A DNA stretch of 64,000 nucleotides from Eledone cirrhosa (GCA_964016885.1 OZ024761.1:15748001-15812000), one strand, 5' to 3'; shown: positions 36,940 through 50,408, counted from the first letter of the stretch. The notes: a model not told the origin generated them from the sequence alone. Numbers and translations are program-made.

Positions 36940-39900
36940 AAAAATAATTTGAGTAGTAAAAATAATTTGAGTACTAAAAATGATTTGAGTACTAAAAATG
37001 ATTTGAGTACTAAAAATGATTTGAGTACTAAAAATGATTTGAGTCCTAAAAATGACTTGAGTCCTAAAAATGACTTGAGTACTAAAAATGACTTGAGTAC
37101 TAAAAATGACTTGAGTACTAAAAATGACTTGAGTACTAAAAATGACTTGAGTACTAAAAATGATTTGAGTCCTAAAAATGATTTGAGTACTAAAAATGAT
37201 TTGAGTACTAAAAATGATTTGAGTACTAAAAATGATTTGAGTACTAAAAATGATTTGAGTACTAAAAATGATTTGAGTACTAAAAATGATTTGAGTACTA
37301 AAAATGATTTGAGTACTAAAAATGATTTGAGTACTAAAAATGATTTGAGTACTAAAAATGATTTGAGTACTAAAAATGATTTGAGTACTAAAAATGATTT
37401 GAGTACTAAAATGATTTGAGTACTAAAATGATTTGAGTACTAAAAATGATTTGAGTACTAAAAATGATTTGAGTACTAAAAACGATTTGAGTACTAAAAA
37501 CGATTTGAGTACTAAACATGATTTGAGTACTAAAAATGATTTGAGTACTAAAAATGATTTGAGTACTACAAATGATTTGAGTACTAAAAATGATTTGAGT
37601 ACTAAAAATGATTTGAGTACTAAAAATGATTTGAGTACTAAAAATGATTTGAGTACTAAAAATGATTTGAGTACTAAAAATGATTTGAGTACTAAAAATG
37701 ATTTGAGTCCTAAAAATGATTTGAGTCCTAAAAATGACTTGAGTACTAAAAATGACTTGAGTACTAAAAATGACTTGAGTACTAAAAATGACTTGAGTAT
37801 TAAAAATGACTTGAGTACTAAAAATGACTTGAGTACTAAAAATGACTTGAGTCCTAAAAATGATTTGAGTCCTAAAAATGATTTGAGTCCTAAAAATGAT
37901 TTGAGTCCTAAAAATGATTTGAGTACTAAAAATGATTTGAGTACTAAAAATGATTTGAGTACTAAAAATGATTTGAGTACTAAAAATGATTTGAGTACTA
38001 AAAATGATTTGAGTACTAAAAATGATTTGAGTACTAAAAATGATTTGAGTACTAAAAATGATTTGAGCACTAAAAATGATTTGAGTACTAAACATGATTT
38101 GAGTACTAAACATGATTTGAGTACTAAAAATGATTTGAGTACTAAAAATGATTTGAGTACTACAAATGATTTGAGTACTAAAAATGATTTGAGTACTAAA
38201 AATGATTTGAGTACTAAAAATGATTTGAGTGCTAAAAATGATTTGAGTGCTAAAAATGATTTGAGTGCTAAAAATGATTTGAGTGCTAAAAATGATTTGA
38301 GTGCTAAAAATAATTTGAGTGCTAAAAATGATTTGAGTGCTGAAAATGATTTGAGTGCTAAAAATGATTTGAGTGCTAAAAATGATTTGAGTGCTAAAAA
38401 TGATTTGAGTACTAAAAATGATTGAGTACTAAAAATGATTTGAGTACTATAAATGATTTGAGTACTAAAAGTGATTTGAGTACTAAAAGTGATTTGAGTA
38501 CTAAAAATGATTTGAGTACTAAAAATGATTTGAGTACTAAAAATGATTTGAGTACTAAAAATGATTTGAGTACTAAAAATGATTTGAGTACTAAAAATGA
38601 TTTGAGTACTAAAAATGATTTGAGTACTAAAAATGATTTGAGTAATAAAAATGATTTGAGTACTAAAAATGATTTGAGTGCTAAAATTAATTTGAGTGCT
38701 AAAAATAATTTGAGTGCTAAAAATAATTTGAGTGCTAAAAATGATTTGAGTGCTAAAAATGATTTGAGTGCTAAAAATGATTCGAGTGCTAAAAATGATT
38801 CGAGTGCTAAAAATGATTCGAGTGCTAAAAATGATTCGAGTACTAAAAATGATTTGAGTACTAAAAATGATTTGAGTACTAAAAATGATTTGAGTACTAA
38901 AAATGATTTGAGTACTAAAAATGATTTGAGTACTAAAAATGATTTGAGTACTAAAAATGATTTGAGTACTAAAAATGATTTGAGTACTAAAAATGATTTG
39001 AGTACTAAAAATGATTTGAGTACTAAAAATGATTTGAGTACTAAAAATGATTTGAGTCCTAAAAATGATTTGAGTACTAAAAATGATTTGAGTACTAAAA
39101 AAGATTTGAGTACTAAAAATGATTTGAGTGCTAAAAATGATTTGAGTGCTAAAAATGATTTGAGTGCTAAAAATGATTTGAGTGCTAAAAATGATTTGAG
39201 TGCTAAAAATGATTTGAGTGCTAAAAATGATTTGAGTGCTAAAAATGATTTGAGTCCTAAAAATGATTTGAGTACTAAAAATGATTTGAGTACTAAAAAT
39301 GATTTGAGTGCTAAAAATGATTTGAGTGCTAAAATTAATTTGAGTGCTAAAAATAATGAGTGCTAAAAATAATTTGAGTGCTAAAATTGATTTGAGTGCT
39401 AAAAATGATTTGAGTACTAAAAATGATTTGAGTACTAAAAATGATTTGAGTACTAAAAATGATTTGAGTACTAAAAATGATTTGAGTACTAAACATGATT
39501 TGAGTCCTAAAAATGATGTGAGTCCTAAAAATGATTTGAGTACTAAAAATGATTTGAGTACTAAAAATGATTTGAGTACTAAAAATGATTTGAGTCCTAA
39601 AAATGATTTGAGTCCTAAAAATGATTTGAGTCCTAAAAATGATTTGAGTACTAAAAATGATTTGAGTACTAAATATGATTTGAGTACTAAAAATGATTTG
39701 AGTACTAAAAATGATTTGAGTACTAAAAATGATTTGAGTACTAAAAATGATTTGAGTACTAAAAATGATTTGAGTCCTAAAATGATTTGAGTACTAAAAA
39801 TGATTTGAGTACTAAAAATGATTTGAGTCCTAAAAATGATTTGAGTCCTAAAAATGATTTGAGTCCTAAAAATGATTTGAGTACTAAAAATGATTTGAGT

Positions 39901-42900
39901 ACTAAAAATGATTTGAGTACTAAAAATGATTTGAGTACTAAAAATGATTTGAGTACTAAAAATGATTTGAGTACTAAAAATAATTTGAGTGCTAAAAATA
40001 ATTTGAGTGCTAAAATTAATTTGAGTGCTAAAAATAATTTGAGTGCTAAAAATAATTTGAGTGCTAAAAATGATGAGTGCTAAAAATGATTTGAGTGCTA
40101 AAAATGATTTGAGTGCTAAAAATGATTTGAGTGCTAAAAATGATTTGAGCACTAAAAATGATTTGAGTACTAAAAATGATTTGAGTACTAAATATGATTT
40201 GAGTACTAAATATGATTTGAGTACTAAATATGATTTGAGTACTAAAAATGATTTGAGTACTAAAAATGATTTGAGTACTAAAAATGATTTGAGTGCTAAA
40301 AATGATTTGAGTGCTAAAAATGATTTGAGTGCTAAAAATGATTTGAGTGCTAAAAATAATTTGAGTGCTAAAAATGATTTGAGTGCTGAAAATGATTTGA
40401 GTGCTAAAAATGATTTGAGTGCTAAAAATGATTTGAGTGCTAAAAATGATTTGAGTACTAAAAATGATTTGAGTACTAAAAATGATTTGAGTACTATAAA
40501 TGATTTGAGTACTAAAAGTGATTTGAGTACTAAAAGTGATTTGAGTACTAAAAATGATTTGAGTACTAAAAATGATTTGAGTACTAAAAATGATTTGAGT
40601 ACTAAAAATGATTTGAGTACTAAAAATGATTTGAGTACTAAAAATGATTTGAGTACTAAAAATGATTTGAGTACTAAAAATGATTTGAGTAATAAAAATG
40701 ATTTGAGTACTAAAAATGATTTGAGTGCTAAAATTAATTTGAGTGCTAAAAATAATTTGAGTGCTAAAAATAATTTGAGTGCTAAAAATAATTTGAGTGC
40801 TAAAAATGATTTGAGTGCTAAAAATGATTTGAGTGCTAAAAATGATTCGAGTGCTAAAAATGATTCGAGTGCTAAAAATGATTCGAGTGCTAAAAATGAT
40901 TTGAGTACTAAAAATGATTTGAGTACTAAAAATGATTTGAGTACTAAAAATGATTTGAGTACTAAAAATGATTTGAGTACTAAAAATGATTTGAGTACTA
41001 AAAATGATTTGAGTACTAAAAATGATTTGAGTACTAAAAATGATTTGAGTACTAAAAATGATTTGAGTACTAAAAATGATTTGAGTACTAAAAATGATTT
41101 GAGTCCTAAAAATGATTTGAGTACTAAAAATGATTTGAGTACTAAAAAAGATTTGAGTACTAAAAATGATTTGAGTGCTAAAAATGATTTGAGTGCTAAA
41201 AATGATTTGAGTGCTAAAAATGATTTGAGTGCTAAAAATGATTTGAGTGCTAAAAATGATTTGAGTGCTAAAAATGATTTGAGTGCTAAAAATGATTTGA
41301 GTCCTAAAAATGATTTGAGTACTAAAAATGATTTGAGTACTAAAAATGATTTGAGTGCTAAAAATGATTTGAGTGCTAAAATTAATTTGAGTGCTAAAAA
41401 TAATGAGTGCTAAAAATAATTTGAGTGCTAAAAATAATTTGAGTGCTAAAATTGATTTGAGTGCTAAAAATGATTTGAGTACTAAAAATGATTTGAGTAC
41501 TAAAAATGATTTGAGTACTAAAAATGATTTGAGTACTAAACATGATTTGAGTACTAAACATGATTTGAGTCCTAAAAATGATGTGAGTCCTAAAAATGAT
41601 TTGAGTACTAAAAATGATTTGAGTACTAAAAATGATTTGAGTACTAAAAATGATTTGAGTCCTAAAAATGATTTGAGTCCTAAAAATGATTTGAGTCCTA
41701 AAAATGATTTGAGTACTAAAAATGATTTGAGTACTAAATATGATTTGAGTACTAAAAATGATTTGAGTACTAAAAATGATTTGAGTACTAAAAATGATTT
41801 GAGTACTAAAAATGATTTGAGTACTAAAAATGATTTGAGTACTAAAAATGATTTGAGTCCTAAAAATGATTTGAGTCCTAAAAATGATTTGAGTCCTAAA
41901 AATGATTTGAGTACTAAAAATGATTTGAGTACTAAAAATGATTTGAGTACTAAAAATGATTTGAGTACTAAAAATGATTTGAGTACTAAAAATGATTTGA
42001 GTACTAAAAATAATTTGAGTGCTAAAAATAATTTGAGTGCTAAAATTAATTTGAGTGCTAAAAATAATTTGAGTGCTAAAAATAATTTGAGTGCTAAAAA
42101 TGATGAGTGCTAAAAATGATTTGAGTGCTAAAAATGATTTGAGTGCTAAAAATGATTTGAGTGCTAAAAATGATTTGAGCACTAAAAATGATTTGAGTAC
42201 TAAAAATGATTTGAGTACTAAATATGATTTGAGTACTAAATATGATTTGAGTACTAAATATGATTTGAGTACTAAAAATGATTTGAGTACTAAAAATGAT
42301 TTGAGTACTAAAAATGATTTGCGTACTAAAAATGATTTGAGTACTGAAAATGATTTGAGTACTGAAAATGATTTGAGTACTGAAAATGATTTGAGTACTA
42401 AAAATGATTTGAGTACTAAAAATGATTTGAGTACTAAAAATGATTTGAGTACTAAAAATGATTTGAGTACTAAAAATGATTTGAGTACTAAAAATGCGTT
42501 GAGTACTAAAAATGATTTGAGTACTAAAAATGATTTGAGTACTAAAAATGATTTGAGTACTAAAAATAATTTGAGTACTAAAAATAATTTGAGTACTAAA
42601 AATGATTTGAGTACTAAAAATGATTTGAGTACTAAAAATGATTTGAGTACTAAAAATGATTTGAGTACTAAAAATGATTTGAGTACTAAAAATGATTTGA
42701 GTACTAAAAATGATTTGAGTCCTAAAAATGATTTGAGTACTAAAAATGATTTGAGTACTAAAAATGATTTGAGTACTAAAATGATTTGAGTACTAAAAAT
42801 GATTTGAGTACTAAAAATGATTTGAGTACTAAAAATGATTTGAGTACTAAAAATGATTTGAGTACTAAAATGATTTGAGTACTAAAAATGATTTGAGTAC

Positions 42901-43370
42901 TAAAAATGATTTGAGTACTAAAAATGATTTGAGTACTAAAAATGATTTGAGTACTAAAAATGATTTGAGTACTAAAAATGATTTGAGTACTAAAAATGAT
43001 TTGAGTACTAAAATGATTTGAGTACTAAAAATGATTTGAGTACTAAAAATGATTTGAGTACTAAAAATAATTTGAGTACTAAAAATGATTTGAGTACTAA
43101 AAATGATTTGAGTACTAAAATGATTTGAGTACTAAAAATGATTTGAGTACTAAAAATGATTTGAGTACTAAAAATGATTTGAGAACTAAAAATGATTTGA
43201 GTACTAAAAATGATTTGAGTACTAAAAATGATTTGAGTACTAAAAATGATTTGAGTACTAAAAATAATTTGAGTACTAAAAATGATTTGAGTACTAAAAA
43301 TGATTTGAGTACTAAAAATGATTTGAGTACTAAAAATGATTTGAGTACTAAAAATGATTTGAGTACTATA
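36940..43370. repeat. 18-bp satellite (AAAAATGATTTGAGTACT)n, about 355 units, with a 2-kb higher-order duplication
   Basis: Seen directly; variant units recur at 2.03-2.07 kb spacing. Confidence 0.98.
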
Positions 43371-46300
43371 AATTTCGCACCAATTCGTGTTGCAGAAATT
43401 CTTGTAGTCAAAACAATTTTGATTGGTCGGTAGAGGTCACGTGAATATTAAAAATTGATTTTGCGCCAAATGTAGGTTTGTCGAAGAGTGTCCTTTTTCG
43501 CTTGATTGAGAAGTCACTGAAAAATAAGTCTTTTAAGACAAATATGTGTGTATGTGGTTGACAACTGAGAGAAAGGAGTACTCAATACCGAAGTAGAATT
43601 TTAATATTTAGTATTATTAAGGCTAAAAAGTGAGTCTTGTTACTCTGGAGTATATATATACATACATGTATGTATATATATGGTGGCTGCCAACTCGTTT
43701 TCGAGTACGGCCACTACTTTATATCCATGTAGGAGAACCACTACCGACGCGCTGACCGAGTGTGACCCCCTAGTCCAGCCAACAACCAGAAAACCCTGGC
43801 ACAAACACTACACCTATGACAATTATTGACACATACTGCTGGGCCCATGGTACCATGTGACGACAAGTGCAGAGAGATCTCCAGATATAAAGCAATGCCT
43901 GTGCCGTGAAGCTTTTATAGTGAGCAAAGGCACTGCACAAAGCCAGTCCCACTCTCTTAACCAAGATGATATTTACTAAAAAGAAGAACAAGTCAACATC
44001 ATTGGATACCATCAGGGTTGCAAGTGTTATATCAGAGTTTTCCTTCTCCCAGAATTCTGCCTTGACAAAGGCTAAGGGGTCATCTCTCCCGGTGATTTTC
44101 GATGGCCATTGACTCTTAAGAGCTCCTTTGGCCTTTGACAGGTTTTTTTTTGTCCTGCAGGATGTCCAAAGTCACCCTCCTCACCAAGAAACCTTGGTGG
44201 GGTTGCCAGTTTAGTCGCCAACGACCCGACCATGAGACAGGTTGTACTGGGATACATGTTACCTATATACATACATACATACATACATATACAAGCATGC
44301 ATACATATATACCCATACATGCACACATACATTCAAGCATATATATATACACACACACACACATATATATATGTGTGTGTATATATATATACATGTTGTC
44401 ACAATACAGACTTATTTAGTGGTTTATTGTCCTATAATCTCTAGTCTATATCTCCATGACATGGCAGAGCTTACCTCAATAGATCTAACAAGACAGATAT
44501 CCCTGGGATTTCACTGAGTCATAAAGACTTCATAGAACTGATAGAGCAAATGAAAGTTTTGGGTTGGGGCAGGTGGAAGAAGAGGTACAGGGTGTATAAA
44601 GGGAGAAAAGGAGACAGATTTACAAGTGGTTAATATCCCTTTCTTTCCCTCCCCAATCCCCATCTCTATATTTATACCATTTGAAACATAATGGATTGCG
44701 AGAGCAGAGATTATCACCAACTTATGCTGTGATTAGATGATTAACTCTTTGAAATAAAATATAAAAATAAATAGCCAGACAAGATGGAGTAAATAAAACA
44801 AGATCAGAAGAATGAGGTGACACAGGAAAGCAAGAACAGTTATTAGAAATGTCAGTGTGTGTGGCAAAAGAGCTTTGACAATTAATTAACCCTTTAGAAT
44901 TTAAACCAGCTATATACGGCCAGAATTCTCTCACCTCTTCCTGTTCAAACCAGCTGTATCCAGCCACTCATACTGATGTTAAGGTATTGTTCTCAAAATA
45001 AATTATATCAAAATCTCATAGATTCAATATTATATGAGATATTATGTCAGATAAAGCCTTTACCATGAAAACATAATAGTAAATATAGAGTAATGTAAAT
45101 ACTAAAGGGTTAAACTGGTGTTTGGAGCATAATATAACAAAGGCTTTTACATAAAATTATGATGGAAGATACATGATGGGGTCACAGGAAGGGCATCCAG
45201 CCTTGGATGGCTTGCAACACAAAGGTTTGAGAGGATCCTTCAGTCATTTCAAGGACATGACAGCCTTCCTAGCGTTTGGTGATCTACACAGTACACACTG
45301 TAAAGTGGTTGGTGATAGGAAGGGTATCAAGCTATAGAAAGCTTGCCAAACAAAGGGTTGGAAGGACCCCCAGTTGTGTCAAAGACATAACAACCTCTCC
45401 TGTGCACTCAGTAGAAGGTGAGACTGCACATAAGTGAGATACAGGTCCCTGGCCGGTCTGGGAGATGAGTAGACCTGCTTCAGTACTGACTTGGTCTATG
45501 TAGACTCATCCAACCCTTGCGAGCAAGGAAAGAGATGTTGAAACGATGCTGTTGGTGATGATAAACACTTTAAAACCAGCAGCTTGATATCGTAGAACCA
45601 GAGGTGGGTTCAAGTGGTTTATATTAAAAAAAAAAGTGACTTTCTCTTACACGTTTTATATATATATTTATATATATATATATTTATATATATATATATT
45701 TATATATATATATATATATACATGTGTGTGTATGTGTATATATATATACATATATAGAAGGGACCGGGCTTTGGCTATTAAAACATCATTCATGGTAAGG
45801 GTTGGCATGAAAACCAATTTGAGGAACGCGGTCATATGGCTTCTCATGGTCGACAAAACAAGAATATACTTCTTGGCAATACTCCCACGATTTCTTGAAT
45901 ACCTGCCGCAGTGTGGACATTTGGTCAGCTGTGCTGTGTTCAGGGCAAAAACCACACTGTTCATCTGCTAGCTTGGACTCGACAATCTCTCTCCATCTCT
46001 TACTAAGCATAGTAATGTCTTTTTTGTCCAGCAACCTACTTGTATTTGCTAACTAACTAGCTGTTGTTGCTGTCCTTATTTTTTATTTTTATTGCTGCAC
46101 AACTGAACAAAAGTAAACTCTTTCAATGCGATACTAAACTACGACCTAATACAGTGGTTGTAATAATCTTATCACAAGACACGGGACCTATAAAAGGATA
46201 CTGGAAAGGGGTTAGGAGACACTTCAGCCAGTATACATTATAATAAGAAATGACATTTTAACACAATTACTTCCCTTTGACCACACTTGATGGACAATCA

Positions 46301-47602
46301 ACTGCCCCTCCTCCAAACTTTTACTCTTTTTCATATCTTGCTTGGATAATAATAAAGTGTTCTAGGGTGCAAAATACATTGCAACCTCCTGAAGCAATTG
46401 TGAATCAACACCCGGATTCATTGTGCTATGTTATCTGTAAGTGTCCCTACCACAAACACCTTCATAAAACATTATCTAATAGACACATACACACAACACA
46501 GACACATTATAGAGTTTAATTAAGCAGGATGGCTGTGTGTGTCACCAGTCTGTAGTAATTCCACTATCTTTTGATATCAAAACCTGCCTGAAACTGCCAC
46601 TGTGTTAAAGTGTATATATTTATGTTTAAATTAATTAATTAAATGTGCTCAGCTGTAGTAGACCTCACTGGTTTGCACTGGATGGTCTTTTGTGGTGTCC
46701 CCTTGTGTCCCAGTGTCTGTTCAACATACCACTCAGCGAACTGATGACATGCAATATATAATCAGTCAAGCTGAACACCTAGCCTCTCTCAGTTCGATGA
46801 CTGACATGCTTGGTGAAAAGCCATATCCTACATGAGGTGGCTCTGATATGGCTATCATAGGATAGTCTAGCAGAACAGGTTTAATTTTGAGGAGTGAATC
46901 TTGATATAAACTCTGCATGTCTCAGAATAAGCAGTAACTCATGCGATGATCATCATTTTAACTGACCTTGTCATCATAAACACCAGTGGCTTCACAAATG
47001 ATCAACTATTAATTTGACAATAGGTTGATACAACAGCTACAGTTAGTAGAAAAATCTATGAGTATACAGGTGTTGTGAGCCACATATATTCTAGCCATTA
47101 GAAAAAGCAAAATGAATGCTTCACCTTTGATGGAGGGATATCTCAAGAAGAAAGAGGAAAAAGATATTTATCTAAATAACCTTCCATCATAATTTTATGT
47201 AGGAACATTTGTTATGTTCCAGACACTAGTACAATACTGAGAAAGTCACTTTTTTTAATTTAAACCACTTGAACCCACCTCTGGTTCTATGATATTAAAC
47301 TGCTGGTTTTAAAGTGTTTATCATCATCAACAGCATCGTTATAATATCTGCTTTCCTTGCTTGCAAGGGTTGGATGAGTCTACATAGACCAAGTCAGTAC
47401 TGAAGCAGGGCTACTCATCTCCCAGACCGGCCAGAGACCTGTATCTCACTTATGTGCAGTCTCACCTTCTACTGAGTGCACAGGAGAGGTTGTTATGTCT
47501 TTGACTCAACTGGGGGTCCTTCCAACCCTTTGTTTGGCAAGCTTTCTATAGCTAGATACCCTTCCTATCACCCACCACTTTACAGTGTGTACTGTGTAGA
47601 TC

Positions 47603-49603
47603 ATGGGAGAAAGACAGTCTCACCCACATCAACCCAATAGAGGGACCAGCAGTGTTAGTCGAAGGTAGTATAATAAGTAAGGCAATCAAAGATATGAAGA
47701 CGGGTAAGGCGGCTGGGCCTTTGGAAATAGTTGCTGAAATGCTGAAAGCTTCTGGAACGGTGGGACACACCATGGTCACCCGGATAGTAAACCAAGTCAT
47801 AAAGAATGGGGTTGTTCCGAAGGACTGGTGTAGTAGCATTATCATTAACTGCTACAAGGGTAAAGGAGATGCCCTAGATAGGAGTAACTATAGAGGCATT
47901 AAATTAATCGACCAGGTCATGAAGGTCACAGAAAAAGTAATAGCGCAACTAATCAGAGAGAGAATTGATCTAGATGAAATGCAGTTCGGGTTTGTGTCTG
48001 GTAAAAGTACCATAGACGCTCTTTTCATTGTACGACAACTGCAGAAGAAGTACCTAGCTAAAAGTAAACCCCTATACTTAGCTTTTGTCAACTTGGAGAA
48101 AGCCTTCGACAGAGTCCCCCGTTCCATTATCTGGTGGGCTCTTAGAAAACTAGGTGTTGATGAATGGCTTGTGAGAGCTATACAAGCCATGTATAAAGAA
48201 ACAGTTAGCAAGGTTAGAATTAACAACGAATATAGTGAAGAGTTTAGCGTAAAAGTTGGTGTTCATCAGGGCTCCGTTCTTAGCCTCCTACTATTCATTA
48301 TTGCCCTTCAGACTATAACAGTGGAGTTCAAGACTGGCTGCCCATGGGAACTCCTATACGCAGATGATCTAACGCTCATAGCTGAATCAATGGCCGAACT
48401 AGAGAAGAAACTCCAAACATGGAAGCATGGCCTAGAATCAAAAGGCCTTAAAATTAACCTGTCTAAGACTAAAGTTCTAGTTTATAGGAAGGAAAATAGG
48501 GCGCCGGTCCCATCCGGGAAATGGCCATGCTCAGTGTGTAGGAAAGGAGTAGGTAGAAACTCCATTATATGTCCCAAATGCAGAGTATGGGTGCATAAAA
48601 GATGTAGTGGGATCACAGGTAAGCTAAGTAAGAACATAGATTTTATATGTGGCCGGTGCTCTGGTGCAATAAGTAGCAGCAAGTGCCCACAGAATACTAG
48701 CTCACTCCATTGCACAGATGGTTCTATAGAAATAGTGGACAGCTTCCATTACCTGGGTGACAAAATCAGCAGTGGGGGAGGGTGCTCTGAAAGTACAGTA
48801 GCTAGAGTCAGAACTGGATGGAAAAAGTTCAGAGAGCTTATACCACTATTAGCCGATAAAGGGTTCTCCCTAAAAATGAAAGGCAGGCTGTATGATGCCT
48901 GCATACGAACAGCAATGTTGCATGGCAGTGAGACCTGGGCATTGTGTGCAGAGGATATACGCAAACTCGAGAGGAACGAAGCTTGCATGCTCCGCTGGAT
49001 GTGTAATAGTAATATACGTGAACGGCAAAGCATAAACGAACTAAGGGAAAAATTAGAAATAAGAGGGATCAGATGTTGTTTACTCGAGAGAAGACTACAT
49101 TGGTATGGTCACGTGATGCGCATGAAAGACGACAGCTGTATAAAAAAGTGCAGGGCAATAAAAATAGACAGTAGCCACGGAGTAGGCAGACCCAGAAAAA
49201 CCTGGGACGACTTGATAAATTCAGACCTCACACACTAGCACCTCTCCAAGACAATGTCACTGGACCGAGACCTTTGGTGCTACACAGTAATAGAGAAGAC
49301 CCGCTTTACCTAAGTACAAAGTGAAACCTACTACAGTCAGTAGGCACCTCTAACAAAATACACCCCCGTTCCACTACCCCCACCCCATCCACACCACCCC
49401 TTTCAATGTAAAGTTATGTTGGTACCACAACATCCAACCACAAATGTGGTTGGTGTTAGGAAGGGCATCCAGCCGTAGAAAACCTGCCAGACAGTCCTAT
49501 GCGAGCAAGACAACCACTCTTGCCTCAAGTGAGAAAACTCCTGTCCAAACCCATGCAAGCATGGAATATGGACGTTAAACGATGATGATGATGATGATGA
49601 TGA

Positions 49604-49607
<4 letters not shown>
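47603..49607 (+). mobile_element. 5'-truncated RTE-clade LINE with open RT frame, 3' UTR and (GAT)n tail
   Basis: ORF 47652-49238: KAAGP, NYRGIKL, QFGF, KAFDRVPR, GVHQGSVLS, LLYADD, YLG, RRLHWYGHVMR, GRPRKTW. Confidence 0.95.
47652..49238 (+). CDS. RTE reverse transcriptase fragment with an inserted PHD-like Cys4-His-Cys finger
   Basis: YADD catalytic motif; CSVC...CPKC..WVHKRC...FICGRC between the RT core and the YLG motif; no endonuclease domain or true start. Confidence 0.8.
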   Translation: MLVEGSIISKAIKDMKTGKAAGPLEIVAEMLKASGTVGHTMVTRIVNQVIKNGVVPKDWCSSIIINCYKGKGDALDRSNYRGIKLIDQVMKVTEKVIAQLIRERIDLDEMQFGFVSGKSTIDALFIVRQLQKKYLAKSKPLYLAFVNLEKAFDRVPRSIIWWALRKLGVDEWLVRAIQAMYKETVSKVRINNEYSEEFSVKVGVHQGSVLSLLLFIIALQTITVEFKTGCPWELLYADDLTLIAESMAELEKKLQTWKHGLESKGLKINLSKTKVLVYRKENRAPVPSGKWPCSVCRKGVGRNSIICPKCRVWVHKRCSGITGKLSKNIDFICGRCSGAISSSKCPQNTSSLHCTDGSIEIVDSFHYLGDKISSGGGCSESTVARVRTGWKKFRELIPLLADKGFSLKMKGRLYDACIRTAMLHGSETWALCAEDIRKLERNEACMLRWMCNSNIRERQSINELREKLEIRGIRCCLLERRLHWYGHVMRMKDDSCIKKCRAIKIDSSHGVGRPRKTWDDLINSDLTH

Positions 49608-49645
<38 letters not shown>

Positions 49646-49713
49646 ACAGGGAGAAAGAGACGATTATGAGGAAGAAAATTTTTTTTTTTCCTTTTTTTTT
49701 GTATATATATATG

Positions 49714-49824
<111 letters not shown>

Positions 49825-50408
49825 TATATATATACACATGCATACATATATGTATGTATATACACACATATACACACATATACACACACATACAAAAACA
49901 CACAGACTACTTCTTTCTACAATGTCAGGTAGAGATTATACAACAGGTAACCTTTCTCACAACACAAATTCATTATCTCATTTAATTAATGAGGGAATCA
50001 ATATGGCCTTCGAACAGGTCAAGCAGAAACCTTCAACTATTTTGATCGTAACACACACACGATTGCTACACACACTATCACATACACACACAATCACATA
50101 CACACATACACTCACATAAATACACATGATAATGATGACGATGATGATGATGATGATGCATATGTAATAATATATATATGTGCCTGTATATATGTATATG
50201 TACATATATATAAATATATATATATAAATATATATATATAAATATAACGAAGGAAATGTGGTAAGGAACCAGGTGGACCATAACGCACCAAAGTACTCAA
50301 TACTTGAGGTAGTAGAGTGGGTAATAGGAACCAGTAAGACCCCGACAGCTGAGCTCAAGCCGTTTCGACGGCTAATTCTGGACTAATTAGTCCAGAATTA
50401 CTGGTTCC

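Noticed and set aside
36940-43370. CRISPR-like or telomeric array
   Set aside because: No unique spacers and no cas genes; the unit is not TTAGGG-like; the context is eukaryotic
36931-43433. Long ORFs on both strands (STKNDL, FSTQII, VLKSFL repeats, up to 909 aa)
   Set aside because: Automatic result of an 18-bp unit lacking stops in some frames; frequent 1-2 nt indels show no frame preservation
43770-44012. Hydrophobic minus-strand ORF (also 31340-31540) as a missing GPCR exon
   Set aside because: No receptor motifs or convincing splice sites; the duplicate has a frameshifting insertion
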